DNA from: an uncultured Spirochaetota bacterium
GTDB lineage: Bacteria > Spirochaetota > UBA4802 > UBA5550
Direction of reading: 5' to 3'
Assembly (NCBI GenBank): GCA_963732395.1
Contig: CAVSZF010000003.1
Location: 114,733-178,732 of the forward strand
DNA: 64,000 nt
Part shown: piece after piece, positions 11,001 to 18,891 of the stretch
Layout of the letters: each line of letters begins with the position of its first letter
Numbering within the stretch: the first letter of the stretch is position 1
Notes under the pieces: generated by a model
What the model saw: only the letters and a program-made list of their open reading frames with translations
Database searches by the model: none
What the model was told of the DNA's origin: nothing
Translations under genes and position numbers: made by a program

Positions 11001-11476
11001 TTTCCCGCGTCGCGCTCCCTTCCCCTCAATAGCAGCTGGGGGATCTGCCCGGCCAGGCAGGCCGAGGAGCAGACGAGCCCATCGCGGTGGCGCTCCAGCA
11101 CATCGAAGTCTATCCGCGGCTTATAGTAAAATCCCTCGGTGTATCCGATGGAGGAGAGCTTCATCAGGTTGCGGTATCCCGCGATGTTTTTCGCGAGCAG
11201 GACGAGATGATAGGAGGTTTCCTGGCCGTTGCCGCGGCTCGACTCCTTGACGGTCCTGGAGCCAGGGGCCATGTAAAACTCCTGCCCGATTATGGGGATG
11301 ATCCCCGCCTTTCGGGCGGCCTGGTAAAACTCGATGGCGCCGAACATATTGCCGTGATCGGTCATGGCGACGGCCGGCAAACCGAGATCAGCCGTTTTTT
11401 TGACCAGCTTTTCAACCGTTATCGCGCCGTCAAGTATCGAGTAGTCGGTATGATTGTGAAGATGAACAAAATCCAT
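8033..11476 (-). CDS. dnaE: DNA polymerase III alpha subunit
   Basis: 1147 aa. PHP domain start MDFVHLHNHTDYSILDGA, polymerase core (GRGSAAGSMVSYCLGIT, DFCANRRDEVIDYV), OB-fold C-terminus. Confidence 0.97.
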   Translation of the reverse strand: MDFVHLHNHTDYSILDGAITVEKLVKKTADLGLPAVAMTDHGNMFGAIEFYQAARKAGIIPIIGQEFYMAPGSRTVKESSRGNGQETSYHLVLLAKNIAGYRNLMKLSSIGYTEGFYYKPRIDFDVLERHRDGLVCSSACLAGQIPQLLLRGRERDAGKLAGRFREIFGRENFYLELQYHGLKEQETANAGLVRIASELDIPMIATNDSHYVNREDSRSHEVLLCVQTGKLMRDGDRMKFPSDEFYIKTPEEMYAIFSDYPEALANTRAISEMVELELDLGTPILPDFTVPEGFNLDTYLRHLVTEGARARYAGAVSDEVRKRIDYEISVITSMKFSGYFLIVWDVINYARKMGIPVGPGRGSAAGSMVSYCLGITALDPLRYDLLFERFLNPERNEMPDMDLDFCANRRDEVIDYVKAKYGEDHVSQIITFNKMKAKAVIKDVARAMDVPFQRANEISKMIEEKDLRDTLGKSKEFQALHRDPEVGRDLIDTSLKLEGLVRSAGRHAAGIVISRGPLTDNVPLYMDKDGAVSSQFEKNALELAGLVKMDFLGLKNLSIIDRCVRLVRENAGAEIDIDTIPLDDRETYKLLQRADTKGVFQLESSGMQTLLRRLGPTCFEDIIAIVALYRPGPLNSGMADMFIERKRDPEKVEYPHPLLEPVLRDTLGVVVYQEQVMRISQLIAGFTMPEADKLRKAMGKKLIDVIGALEEKFLKGAEKNKIDRKLAERLYGMIKKFGEYGFNKSHSAAYALVAYQTAYLKAHYPLQYMTSLLSAQPDRQDDVIQYINDCRSAGIEVLPPSINASGFDFTIEGKSIRFGLSAIKGVGAKAIESILSARNRIGVFGTLRDFLEQVDSLTVNRGVLESLVKAGAFHCLHNNRAQLFASIDVMLEAGRRLQEDLASGQGNLFGGGSPGGEAGSRIDLLDIPPWYDNERLAREKEVLGLYLSGHPLARYEKEIRALSSVSLSELTEEHGGRTVSIVGMITNIQMRRAQKTGKRFALADLEDMEGTLGVVFFEKVLVKHEELISGGEPVMITGVIEAESDTAMKLIATGVRSLKDVRRDAISALHINFNSIGVDDLVLRSLESVFTRHRGECPVFFHVNAREGEQVIQAHSTFNIKPSDSLMKDLAKIVGQESIGFSMSHQQ

Positions 11477-11583
11477 GCCTTAATTCTTTTGATCATGGGA
11501 CATAATTTCAAGCATTAATTGGCCGGAGGGCATAATTTTTCCCGAATGGCTGCGTGGAAGGGGGTCAGAGTAAAAAATATCTA

Positions 11584-11699
11584 CCGATAACTATCGCCAT
11601 TATAAAAAGTCTTCTCGACTGGTTGACGCAGATGTCGCTGACCGTATCTTTTTATGAACAAATATATATATCTGTGAATTATTGACCGATACCTATCGG
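11584..11699. promoter_or_regulatory. pair of CGATA-N2-TATCG palindromes upstream of dnaE (candidate operator)
   Basis: CCGATAACTATCG at 11584-11596 and CCGATACCTATCGG at 11686-11699, about 100 bp apart. They lie in the AT-rich 330-bp non-coding gap upstream of dnaE. No binding protein can be assigned. Confidence 0.25.
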
Positions 11700-11807
11700 C
11701 ACCTCGCCCGTTCACCCGAGGCCCGGGGGTATCGGCAGTTATCAGCATGGAGATATGGTAGATGGGGGGGGAATGCAATCAAAGGCCTTCCGGAACCGGT
11801 AAAACGA

Positions 11808-12230
11808 TTACTCCTCAGGGCCCCTGATTATCAATGAAAGCTTTTTCAACACAGTATCCCGGTCATAGGGCTTCTTGATGAAGCCGCTGACCCCGAGGTC
11901 CATTAATTCCATTACCAGTTCCTTGTTGCTGCGGGAGGTTACCATGATGATACGGGCGTCGGGAATCAGCGGCTTCAGCGCTTTGATCGTCTCGACGCCG
12001 TTCATGAGGGGCATCTCCATGTCAATTAAAAGAAAATCGGGTTTGAGCCCCTGTGCCTTTATTTTATGGATCGCGATTTCTCCGTGTTCGGCCTCATCAA
12101 GGATCTTGAACTCCATGGACCGGAGCATCTGCGTCAGGACCGCCCTCGCCGTTTTAGAGTCATCGACGATAAAAACGGAAAATGGTACACCATTGGTCCT
12201 GATTCCGATGGATATGTCTCTCCCTTTCAT
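11808..12230 (-). CDS. single-domain CheY-like response regulator
   Basis: 140 aa. VFIVDDSKTARAVL...FLLIDMEMPLMNG...GFIKKP shows the receiver DD/D/K signature. Confidence 0.9.
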   Translation of the reverse strand: MKGRDISIGIRTNGVPFSVFIVDDSKTARAVLTQMLRSMEFKILDEAEHGEIAIHKIKAQGLKPDFLLIDMEMPLMNGVETIKALKPLIPDARIIMVTSRSNKELVMELMDLGVSGFIKKPYDRDTVLKKLSLIIRGPEE

Positions 12231-12330
12231 TAGATAATCCCCTTATGGAAAACGATCAATGCCATTTGAAGCGAAAGGGAGGAAACCCTGTATCGATCCC
12301 CGATCGTGGCCCTGCGCCTGTGATGCCGGA

Positions 12331-13095
12331 TCATGTCGAAAGCCTCACCCTCTCGACAATACTATCCACCGTACTTTCGATGTTGAAATGCGAAATATAC
12401 CCGAGGTTGCTAAGATAAAAATCGACCGGCGGGGAGAGGCTGCAGAGAAAGAGGGTATATCCTTTCTCCTTCAGAAAATCCTGGATGGAAATGAGAAAAT
12501 TGAGCCCCATATTGTTGAAATATTTGATATTCTTTAAAAAAATGATCAGGTTCTTCTTGAGCGTGTGTTCGGACACCAGCTTCCTGATATACAGGTCATA
12601 TTTCGGCGCGGAGTATTCATCCATGTCCTGGGTGAAATAGAGGACCGTGAATTCATCGCCGATCTCCGCCACCTCCCGGACAAGATTGGAGCTGACCCGG
12701 CGGAGCGCGCCCTGGTTCCGCGCGGCAAGGGTCTTTTCGATGGCGGTTTTGATGATCATGATAAGGTTGTTCAGGTCGATCGGCTTGGGGATGAAATCGA
12801 AGGCGTTTTCCTTCATGGCCTCAACGATGGTCCTGGAATCGGCCGCGCCGCTCAGGAGAACCACGTGGACATCCTTGTTCAGAGATTTAATGTTTTTCAA
12901 AAGTTCCATGCCGTCCATCAACGGCATTTTGTAATCCGTGAGCACCAGCACGGGTCCCTGCTCGCGGAAGAGCTTGAGCGCTTCTATGCCATCATGGGCG
13001 ATGATGGTCTGGTACCCCTTGTTCGAGAGAAACCCGCTGATCTCAACGCATATGTCCGGCTCGTCATCGACAACCAGTATCAAATTTTCATTCAT
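12331..13095 (-). CDS. response regulator with C-terminal STAS (anti-sigma-antagonist-like) domain
   Basis: 254 aa. Receiver LILVVDDEPD...VLTDYKMPLMDG...DFIPKP. The C-terminal half (NIKYFNNMGLNFLISIQDFLKEKGYTLFLCSLSPPVDFYLSNLGY) fits the STAS pattern. Confidence 0.75.
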   Translation of the reverse strand: MNENLILVVDDEPDICVEISGFLSNKGYQTIIAHDGIEALKLFREQGPVLVLTDYKMPLMDGMELLKNIKSLNKDVHVVLLSGAADSRTIVEAMKENAFDFIPKPIDLNNLIMIIKTAIEKTLAARNQGALRRVSSNLVREVAEIGDEFTVLYFTQDMDEYSAPKYDLYIRKLVSEHTLKKNLIIFLKNIKYFNNMGLNFLISIQDFLKEKGYTLFLCSLSPPVDFYLSNLGYISHFNIESTVDSIVERVRLST

Positions 13096-13120
13096 ACGTC
13101 CTCCTTCTCAGGTTCAAAGC

Positions 13121-15742
13121 CTATTCCGCGGACCCGATTCCGTCAACAATTTTTGTGCCAACGGGAAGCGTGATGAGAAAGCGCCCCCCCTCCTTCTCCG
13201 ACACGACCTCTATCGATCCCCGGTGGGCCTTGATGATGCCGTAGCTGATCGAAAGCCCGAGTCCGGTCCCCTTCCCCACCTCCTTCGTCGTGAAAAAGGG
13301 CTCGAATAGCCTGTCGACGATCCCCGGCGGAACGCCGGGCCCGTTGTCGCGGAATTCGATGCAGACGGGGCCCTCCCCACCCTCCCGGAAGGATCTGATC
13401 GAAATTCTCATCTGTTCCGGGGGCGCCGCCATTCCCTCCATGGCGTCCTTCGCGTTCACTATCAGGTTGATGAAAACCTGCTCGAGTTTGGCATGGTCAC
13501 CGGCAACATGAGGCAGGCCGGGGTCAAGGTCGATCTCCATTGCGATTCCATGGAGGCGCATCTGCTCCCCCAGCATTTCAAGGGAGGCCCTGACCGGCTT
13601 GTTCGGGTCCATGGGCCTGATGTCGTAATCGCTCACCCTGCCGAAGTCCCTGAGGTGATTGATGATGTTCGCGGCCCGGTCCACCTGCTTCACGATCTTT
13701 TCCAGCCGCTCGACGGCGAACTCGTCGGTAAAGTACTTCTCTGCTATCGAGTCGAGAAGGTACTGCGCCCCCATCTTTATCACGTTGAGCGGCTGGTTCA
13801 GCTCGTGGGCGACCCCGGTGGCCATCTCCCCCACGGTGGCCATTTTCCCCGCCTGGAGGAGCTGGCGCTCCATGATTCTCCGGTCGGTGATGTCTTTGCC
13901 CTGAATCAGGAATCCCCTGATCTCCCCCCCGTCATTGCGGATCGGGTTGATGGTGACGCCGAGAACCCCCTCCCTGCCGCTATTGTCGGTATAGGCGATG
14001 TCGGTAAGCGCGATGGGCCGGTCTTCGCTGGTGCACTGATAGATGCCGATATATATACTGTCCCATTCCCACTTCATTTTGAAGCCGGTGATCTTTTCCC
14101 CCAGGGCCTCATCTGCCGGGATGCCGAAGATCTTTTCGGCGGCACCGTTCCAGTGGGTGATGACGTCCTCGGTCGAAACGCCGATAAGTATCGCGGAGAT
14201 CGAATTGAGGAGAAGGCGGATGTCATCATGGGCCTTTTTAAGCTTCAGGGTGGCCTTTTTCCGCTCGGTCACGTCCCGTGCGATGCTCAGGATGGCCGTG
14301 GCATCCATATAGTGAACAAGCCGCGAGTTGATCTCGACCGACAGCGGCTCTCCACCCTTCGTAATGATGATCGCGTCGGAAAGCGCGCTTCCATCCCCGA
14401 TGATTCGCCGACTCCATTCAGGGATCAGCCTTGAATACTCGGGAGAAAAAATGTCCGCGGCATTCTTCATGAGAAATTCATCCCGCGAATACCCGAGTTG
14501 CTCGCACGCGGCGCGGTTGACCTCGAGATAGCGTCCACCGATCCCATGGATGGCGACCGCGTCCGTGAGGTTGTCGAAGAGGGAATGGAATCGTTTCTCG
14601 CTTTCACGGAGGGCCTGCTCCATCCCCTTCCGATCGGTGATATCGACGGCGGTACCTATAGCGTATTCTATTCCGTCGATGGCCTCCCGGTGGACAGTGA
14701 ATAAATAATCCACGCTGGCGCCCCTCCTGCCGGGAAGGCTCAGACGCGCTTCCCATGTCAGATCGCCGCCTGAAAATCCCTCTTCAATTTTATCCCTGAA
14801 CAGATCACGGTTCTCTCCTCTCATCAAATCCAGAACATTGATCCCTTCGAGACTTTTTCCGGAAAAACTTGCCAGGCTTTCAAGCGTGCGGTTCCATCTG
14901 ACCAGCCGTCCCTCGCGGTCGATGACAAAGAATAGTGCGGGTAAACTGTTGATAACCGCGTTGATAAAATCCCTCTCCGTCTGCAACGCGTGCCGCATCG
15001 TATCCCTTTCAGTGATGTCATGTATGATGCCGCGGATGGTTTTAGATTTCCCGTCCGGCGAGGCAATCAGGTTCGCGGTGATCAGGCAGTTGATGAGGGC
15101 TCCGTCCTTCCGTCGGAACCGCACCTCGAAATCCTTGACGGCCCGGACCCGCTTCAACCTCCGCTCGAAACGCCCCCGTTCCGCGGGATCGTCATAGAAA
15201 TCCCCCATGTTGAATCCGTCAAGTTCCTCCTCCGAATATCCGAAGAGCTCCGCGAAGGCGGGGTTGAATTCTATCAGCCGGCCTTCCAGGGCCCGGATGT
15301 ACACGGCATCTTTCAGCGACTCGAAGAGAGAACGATAGCGCTCCTCGCTTGCCCTGAGCCTGCTGTTTGCGATATGCTTGTGCAGGGCGATCTCGATGGT
15401 GGTTATCAGTTCCAGCTCGCCGAAAGGCTTGATGATATAGCCGTAGGAATCGACCTGTTTCGCGCGCTCCACGGTTTCCCGGTCCGCGAAGGCGGTGAGG
15501 AAAATGACGGGGATGTCAAGCTTTCGACGGATACTCCCGGCAAGCTCGATGCCGTCGGTCTTCCCCTTGATCCTGATGTCCATGAGGATGATGTCAGGGG
15601 CCGCGGCGTCGAGGGCCCGCCTCGCGCCGGAGGCGCTGGACTCCATGGCCGTGACCTGATATCCCCGTCCCTCCAGCATCCCGCGTATCAATTCGGCGGT
15701 CAGGGGCTCGTCTTCAACGATGAGGACTTTTTTCACGTTCAT
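13121..15742 (-). CDS. REC-PAS(x4)-histidine kinase
   Basis: 873 aa. N-terminal receiver (VLIVEDEPL...ILMDIRIKG...GYIIKP), four PAS-like blocks, H-box GVAHELNQPLN, ATP-binding FRDNGPGVP...GKGTGLGLSISY. Confidence 0.9.
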   Translation of the reverse strand: MNVKKVLIVEDEPLTAELIRGMLEGRGYQVTAMESSASGARRALDAAAPDIILMDIRIKGKTDGIELAGSIRRKLDIPVIFLTAFADRETVERAKQVDSYGYIIKPFGELELITTIEIALHKHIANSRLRASEERYRSLFESLKDAVYIRALEGRLIEFNPAFAELFGYSEEELDGFNMGDFYDDPAERGRFERRLKRVRAVKDFEVRFRRKDGALINCLITANLIASPDGKSKTIRGIIHDITERDTMRHALQTERDFINAVINSLPALFFVIDREGRLVRWNRTLESLASFSGKSLEGINVLDLMRGENRDLFRDKIEEGFSGGDLTWEARLSLPGRRGASVDYLFTVHREAIDGIEYAIGTAVDITDRKGMEQALRESEKRFHSLFDNLTDAVAIHGIGGRYLEVNRAACEQLGYSRDEFLMKNAADIFSPEYSRLIPEWSRRIIGDGSALSDAIIITKGGEPLSVEINSRLVHYMDATAILSIARDVTERKKATLKLKKAHDDIRLLLNSISAILIGVSTEDVITHWNGAAEKIFGIPADEALGEKITGFKMKWEWDSIYIGIYQCTSEDRPIALTDIAYTDNSGREGVLGVTINPIRNDGGEIRGFLIQGKDITDRRIMERQLLQAGKMATVGEMATGVAHELNQPLNVIKMGAQYLLDSIAEKYFTDEFAVERLEKIVKQVDRAANIINHLRDFGRVSDYDIRPMDPNKPVRASLEMLGEQMRLHGIAMEIDLDPGLPHVAGDHAKLEQVFINLIVNAKDAMEGMAAPPEQMRISIRSFREGGEGPVCIEFRDNGPGVPPGIVDRLFEPFFTTKEVGKGTGLGLSISYGIIKAHRGSIEVVSEKEGGRFLITLPVGTKIVDGIGSAE

Positions 15743-15809
15743 TCACTTACTCCGCATAACCGACTCTTGCCGTTTCCGTGCATGCCGGGCCGCAATCGAG
15801 ATCCCGTCG

Positions 15810-17786
15810 TTATTCATCGTCGTCGTGCCGGTCGGGGTCGAAGGTGACGGCGAACTCGGCGCCGGGGCCGCTCCCGACCGTGAGCTCTCCCCCGATCTGA
15901 TTGGCAAGGAGCTTCGCCAGCCGGAGGCCCAGGCTCGATTGCGCGATACTGTCCAACCCATCGGGCAGTCCGGGCCCGTCGTCCTTCACCGCCAGGCGGT
16001 AGGCGCCGCCGTCGACGCGGTGCATCGAAATCGTGAGCTCTCCCTTTCTGCCCCCCGGGAAGGCGTGCTTGACCGCGTTGGTGATCAGCTCGTTCAGCAG
16101 AAGCCCGCAGGGGACCGCGGCGTTCATATCAAGGGCCGCGTCCTCGACATCGATGCCGATACGGATCTTTTTCCCGTCGACTCCAAAAGAGTGGGAAATG
16201 TTCATGACCAGGCTCCGGATATACTCCCGAAAATCGACCCGTGAGAAATCTTCCGAGTGATAGAGGTTTTCGTGCACGATGGCCATCGACTTGATCCGGT
16301 TCTGCATGTCGTTGAAGGCCCCGCGGATGTCGGCCCCCTCGGTGATCGCCGCGGACTGCAGGCCCAGCAGGCTCGACACCACCTGCATGTTGTTTTTCAC
16401 CCGGTGGTGGATCTCTTTTAAAAGCACCTCCTTCTCATGAAGGGAGGCGAGAATCCGCTCCTCAGCGAGCTTGATCTCCGTGATGTCGGTGTGGGACACC
16501 ACCACGCGGACCGGGCCCTCCCCGAAAAACCTGGTGACCCGGCCGATGAACCAGCGCCGCTTCTCCGGCGAATGGCAGGGATACTCCAGCTCGTACGATT
16601 CCGCTTCCCCGCGTATTACCCTCCGTATCCCCGCGGCGAACTCCGCGGACTCCCGGGCGTCCTCCCCGCGCGCGGCGTCGCATACCGCGAGGTAGTTCAC
16701 CCCCTCGAAAAGATCGAGGGGTTCCCGGGCGTTTTCCGCGGCGAAACGGCGCCAGGAGCTGTTCACGGAGAGAATATCCCCGGTCTCGTCCAGGATGGCG
16801 ATACTGGCGTCCAGGGCGTTCAGGGTGCTCACGGCGAAGCGTTCGCTCTCCCGCACCGCCGCCTCGGCCTTCTTCCGGTCCGTGATGTCGAGCATCACCC
16901 CCACGATGCCTCCGATCCTGCCGTCCGTATCGTGAAAGAGCGATTTGTGGTAGACGACATCCCGCTCCGATCCGTCGGCATAGCGCGCCCGGGTCTCGTA
17001 GATCTGTTCGCCGTCGCTCTCGAAGAGCTCCTGGTCCATCCTCCGGTAGACCTCGGCCTTCTCGGCCGGCGCGATATCAAAGACCGTCTTGCCCAGGATC
17101 TCGCTTATCGCCAGACCCAGATATTCCTCGAATGCGGCGTTGCAGCCGATGTATCGCCCTTCCCTGTCCTTGAAGAATATCGGGGCATTGATGGCGTTGA
17201 TGATTTCATACAGGAACTGGAGCTGGTATCGCACCTTCCTCTCGGCTTCCTCCAGATACTCGCCTTTTTCCCGCAGTGCCTGCTCGGCGCGCTTTCTTTC
17301 CGAGATTTCCGATACCAGATCCCGGTTAACCCTCTCAAGATCGGATGTGCGCTCCCTGACAAGGCTTTCAAGACGATCGCGGTACAGTTTCAGTTTAATG
17401 TGCGCATTCACCCGCGCGAGCACGATTGGGATCCGGATGGGTTTTGTGATATAGTCCACCGCTCCCATGGAAAGGCCGGTCTCTTCATCATAGTCCTTGT
17501 CCAGAGCGGTAACAAAAATAACGGGGATATGTTTCGTCGCTTCATTCTCTTTCAGCCTGCGGCAAATTTCGTATCCGTCCATTTCCGGCATCATTATGTC
17601 GAGCAGTATCAGGTCCGACGGATCATTGAACGCGGACTGGAGCGCGAGCTTCCCGCTCGGTGCGGACCGCACACGGTATCCGGATTCCTTGAGCGCGACC
17701 GACAGCACATCCAGGTTTGCCGGGTTATCATCGACAATCATGATCGATGGAACGTAGGGATCGGTTACGTCGTCGACTGTATTCAT
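15810..17786 (-). CDS. REC-PAS-PAS-HisKA_2 type histidine kinase
   Basis: ORF track 15810-17861. Start ATG 17786 (MNTVDD...) lies 7 nt after the upstream stop. Receiver, two PAS, H-box HHRVKNNMQVVSSLLGLQ (HisKA_2/HWE-like), ATPase VKDDGPGLP. Confidence 0.88.
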   Translation of the reverse strand: MNTVDDVTDPYVPSIMIVDDNPANLDVLSVALKESGYRVRSAPSGKLALQSAFNDPSDLILLDIMMPEMDGYEICRRLKENEATKHIPVIFVTALDKDYDEETGLSMGAVDYITKPIRIPIVLARVNAHIKLKLYRDRLESLVRERTSDLERVNRDLVSEISERKRAEQALREKGEYLEEAERKVRYQLQFLYEIINAINAPIFFKDREGRYIGCNAAFEEYLGLAISEILGKTVFDIAPAEKAEVYRRMDQELFESDGEQIYETRARYADGSERDVVYHKSLFHDTDGRIGGIVGVMLDITDRKKAEAAVRESERFAVSTLNALDASIAILDETGDILSVNSSWRRFAAENAREPLDLFEGVNYLAVCDAARGEDARESAEFAAGIRRVIRGEAESYELEYPCHSPEKRRWFIGRVTRFFGEGPVRVVVSHTDITEIKLAEERILASLHEKEVLLKEIHHRVKNNMQVVSSLLGLQSAAITEGADIRGAFNDMQNRIKSMAIVHENLYHSEDFSRVDFREYIRSLVMNISHSFGVDGKKIRIGIDVEDAALDMNAAVPCGLLLNELITNAVKHAFPGGRKGELTISMHRVDGGAYRLAVKDDGPGLPDGLDSIAQSSLGLRLAKLLANQIGGELTVGSGPGAEFAVTFDPDRHDDDE

Positions 17787-17793
17787 GTCATTT

Positions 17794-18891
17794 TCATTCC
17801 CTGTGAGTATCTGAAACGGCCTTGATATGTGCATGAATTTCCATATATGCATCCGCCACATCGGGATCGAACCGCGTACCCCTGTCCTTCAGGATTATAT
17901 CAGAGCTTTCTTCATGTGTAAACGCCTTTTTATAAGGGCGTTTCGCCCTCAGGGCGTCATAGACATCGGCGACGGCCATGATACGGGCGCACAGAGGAAT
18001 CCTGGCCCCTTTCAACCCCTCTGGATAACCATTACCGTCCCACTTTTCGTGATGATACCGCGCAATTTCTATACCCATATTGATGAATAAATTATTCGGA
18101 TACTGCCGCTGGACCGCTTCAAGCGTCTCCGCGCCGCGTACGGGGTGTGTTTTCATGATTCCGCATTCCTCCGGCGTGAGCCTGTCCGGTTTCAACAATA
18201 TACTGTCGGGGATCGCCACCTTGCCGATGTCATGAAGCGGGCTGGCGTGGAAAATGTTTTCGATGAATGAATCCGTTATTTCGGATCCGTATCGCGGATT
18301 CTCTCCCATTTTAATCGCCAGCTCCCTGCAGACTATCTGGACCCGTTCGAGATGTTTTCCCGTATTATCGTCCCGCGATTCAGCGAGCCTCGCGAGGGCG
18401 AAAATGGTGGCCATCTGGGACGCGGATATCTCTTTCACCTGCGCACGCACCTGTTCCTCCAGGTTTTCATTATGCCGTTCCAGTTCCACCTGGAGCCGGT
18501 GAATTTTAAGGTGTGTATCGACACGGGCATGCACTTCCTCGATTTGAAAAGGTTTGGTCACGTAGTCCACCCCGCCCATGAAAAATGCCTTCACCTTGTC
18601 CAGCGGTTCGGTCAGGGCGCTTATGAATATCACCGGGATCTCCCGCAGCGTCTCGTCGGCTTTCATCTGTTCGCACACCTGATACCCGTCCATTTCGGGC
18701 ATGGAGATGTCCAGCAGGACAAGGTCGGGCGGGTCGCTGTGCGCGGCCTGGAGCGCCAGTCTTCCGCTCGGCGCGGGCCGCACCCTGTATCCCTTCTGCT
18801 TCAGCATTCCTGTCAGCAATTCAAGATTATCCGGCGTATCGTCGACTATCAGTATATTCGCCTGATCATTTTTTGAAGGATTTTCGTTCAT
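17794..18891 (-). CDS. response regulator with HD-GYP domain (c-di-GMP phosphodiesterase type)
   Basis: 365 aa. Receiver ILIVDDTPDN...LLDISMPEMDG...DYVTKP, followed by HDIGK ... HHEKWDGNGYP, which is HD-GYP. Confidence 0.92.
   Translation of the reverse strand: MNENPSKNDQANILIVDDTPDNLELLTGMLKQKGYRVRPAPSGRLALQAAHSDPPDLVLLDISMPEMDGYQVCEQMKADETLREIPVIFISALTEPLDKVKAFFMGGVDYVTKPFQIEEVHARVDTHLKIHRLQVELERHNENLEEQVRAQVKEISASQMATIFALARLAESRDDNTGKHLERVQIVCRELAIKMGENPRYGSEITDSFIENIFHASPLHDIGKVAIPDSILLKPDRLTPEECGIMKTHPVRGAETLEAVQRQYPNNLFINMGIEIARYHHEKWDGNGYPEGLKGARIPLCARIMAVADVYDALRAKRPYKKAFTHEESSDIILKDRGTRFDPDVADAYMEIHAHIKAVSDTHRE

Noticed and set aside
9188-11032. Long plus-strand ORFs such as 9188-11032 (614 aa), 16437-17825 (462 aa), 49304-50674 (456 aa), 2825-3862, 6727-7782 and 60967-61998
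   Set aside because: They lie antisense to, or overlap, genes with strong family signatures (dnaE, kinases, panC, thyX). They have Arg/Pro/Gly-rich low-complexity translations typical of shadow ORFs in high-GC DNA, and they show no recognisable motifs.
11581-11778. 65-aa minus-strand ORF in the dnaE upstream gap, and the 63-aa ORF at 2084-2275 between convergent genes
   Set aside because: Neither has a convincing Shine-Dalgarno sequence or any family resemblance. Their composition is atypical, and the regions are more plausibly promoter and terminator spacers.
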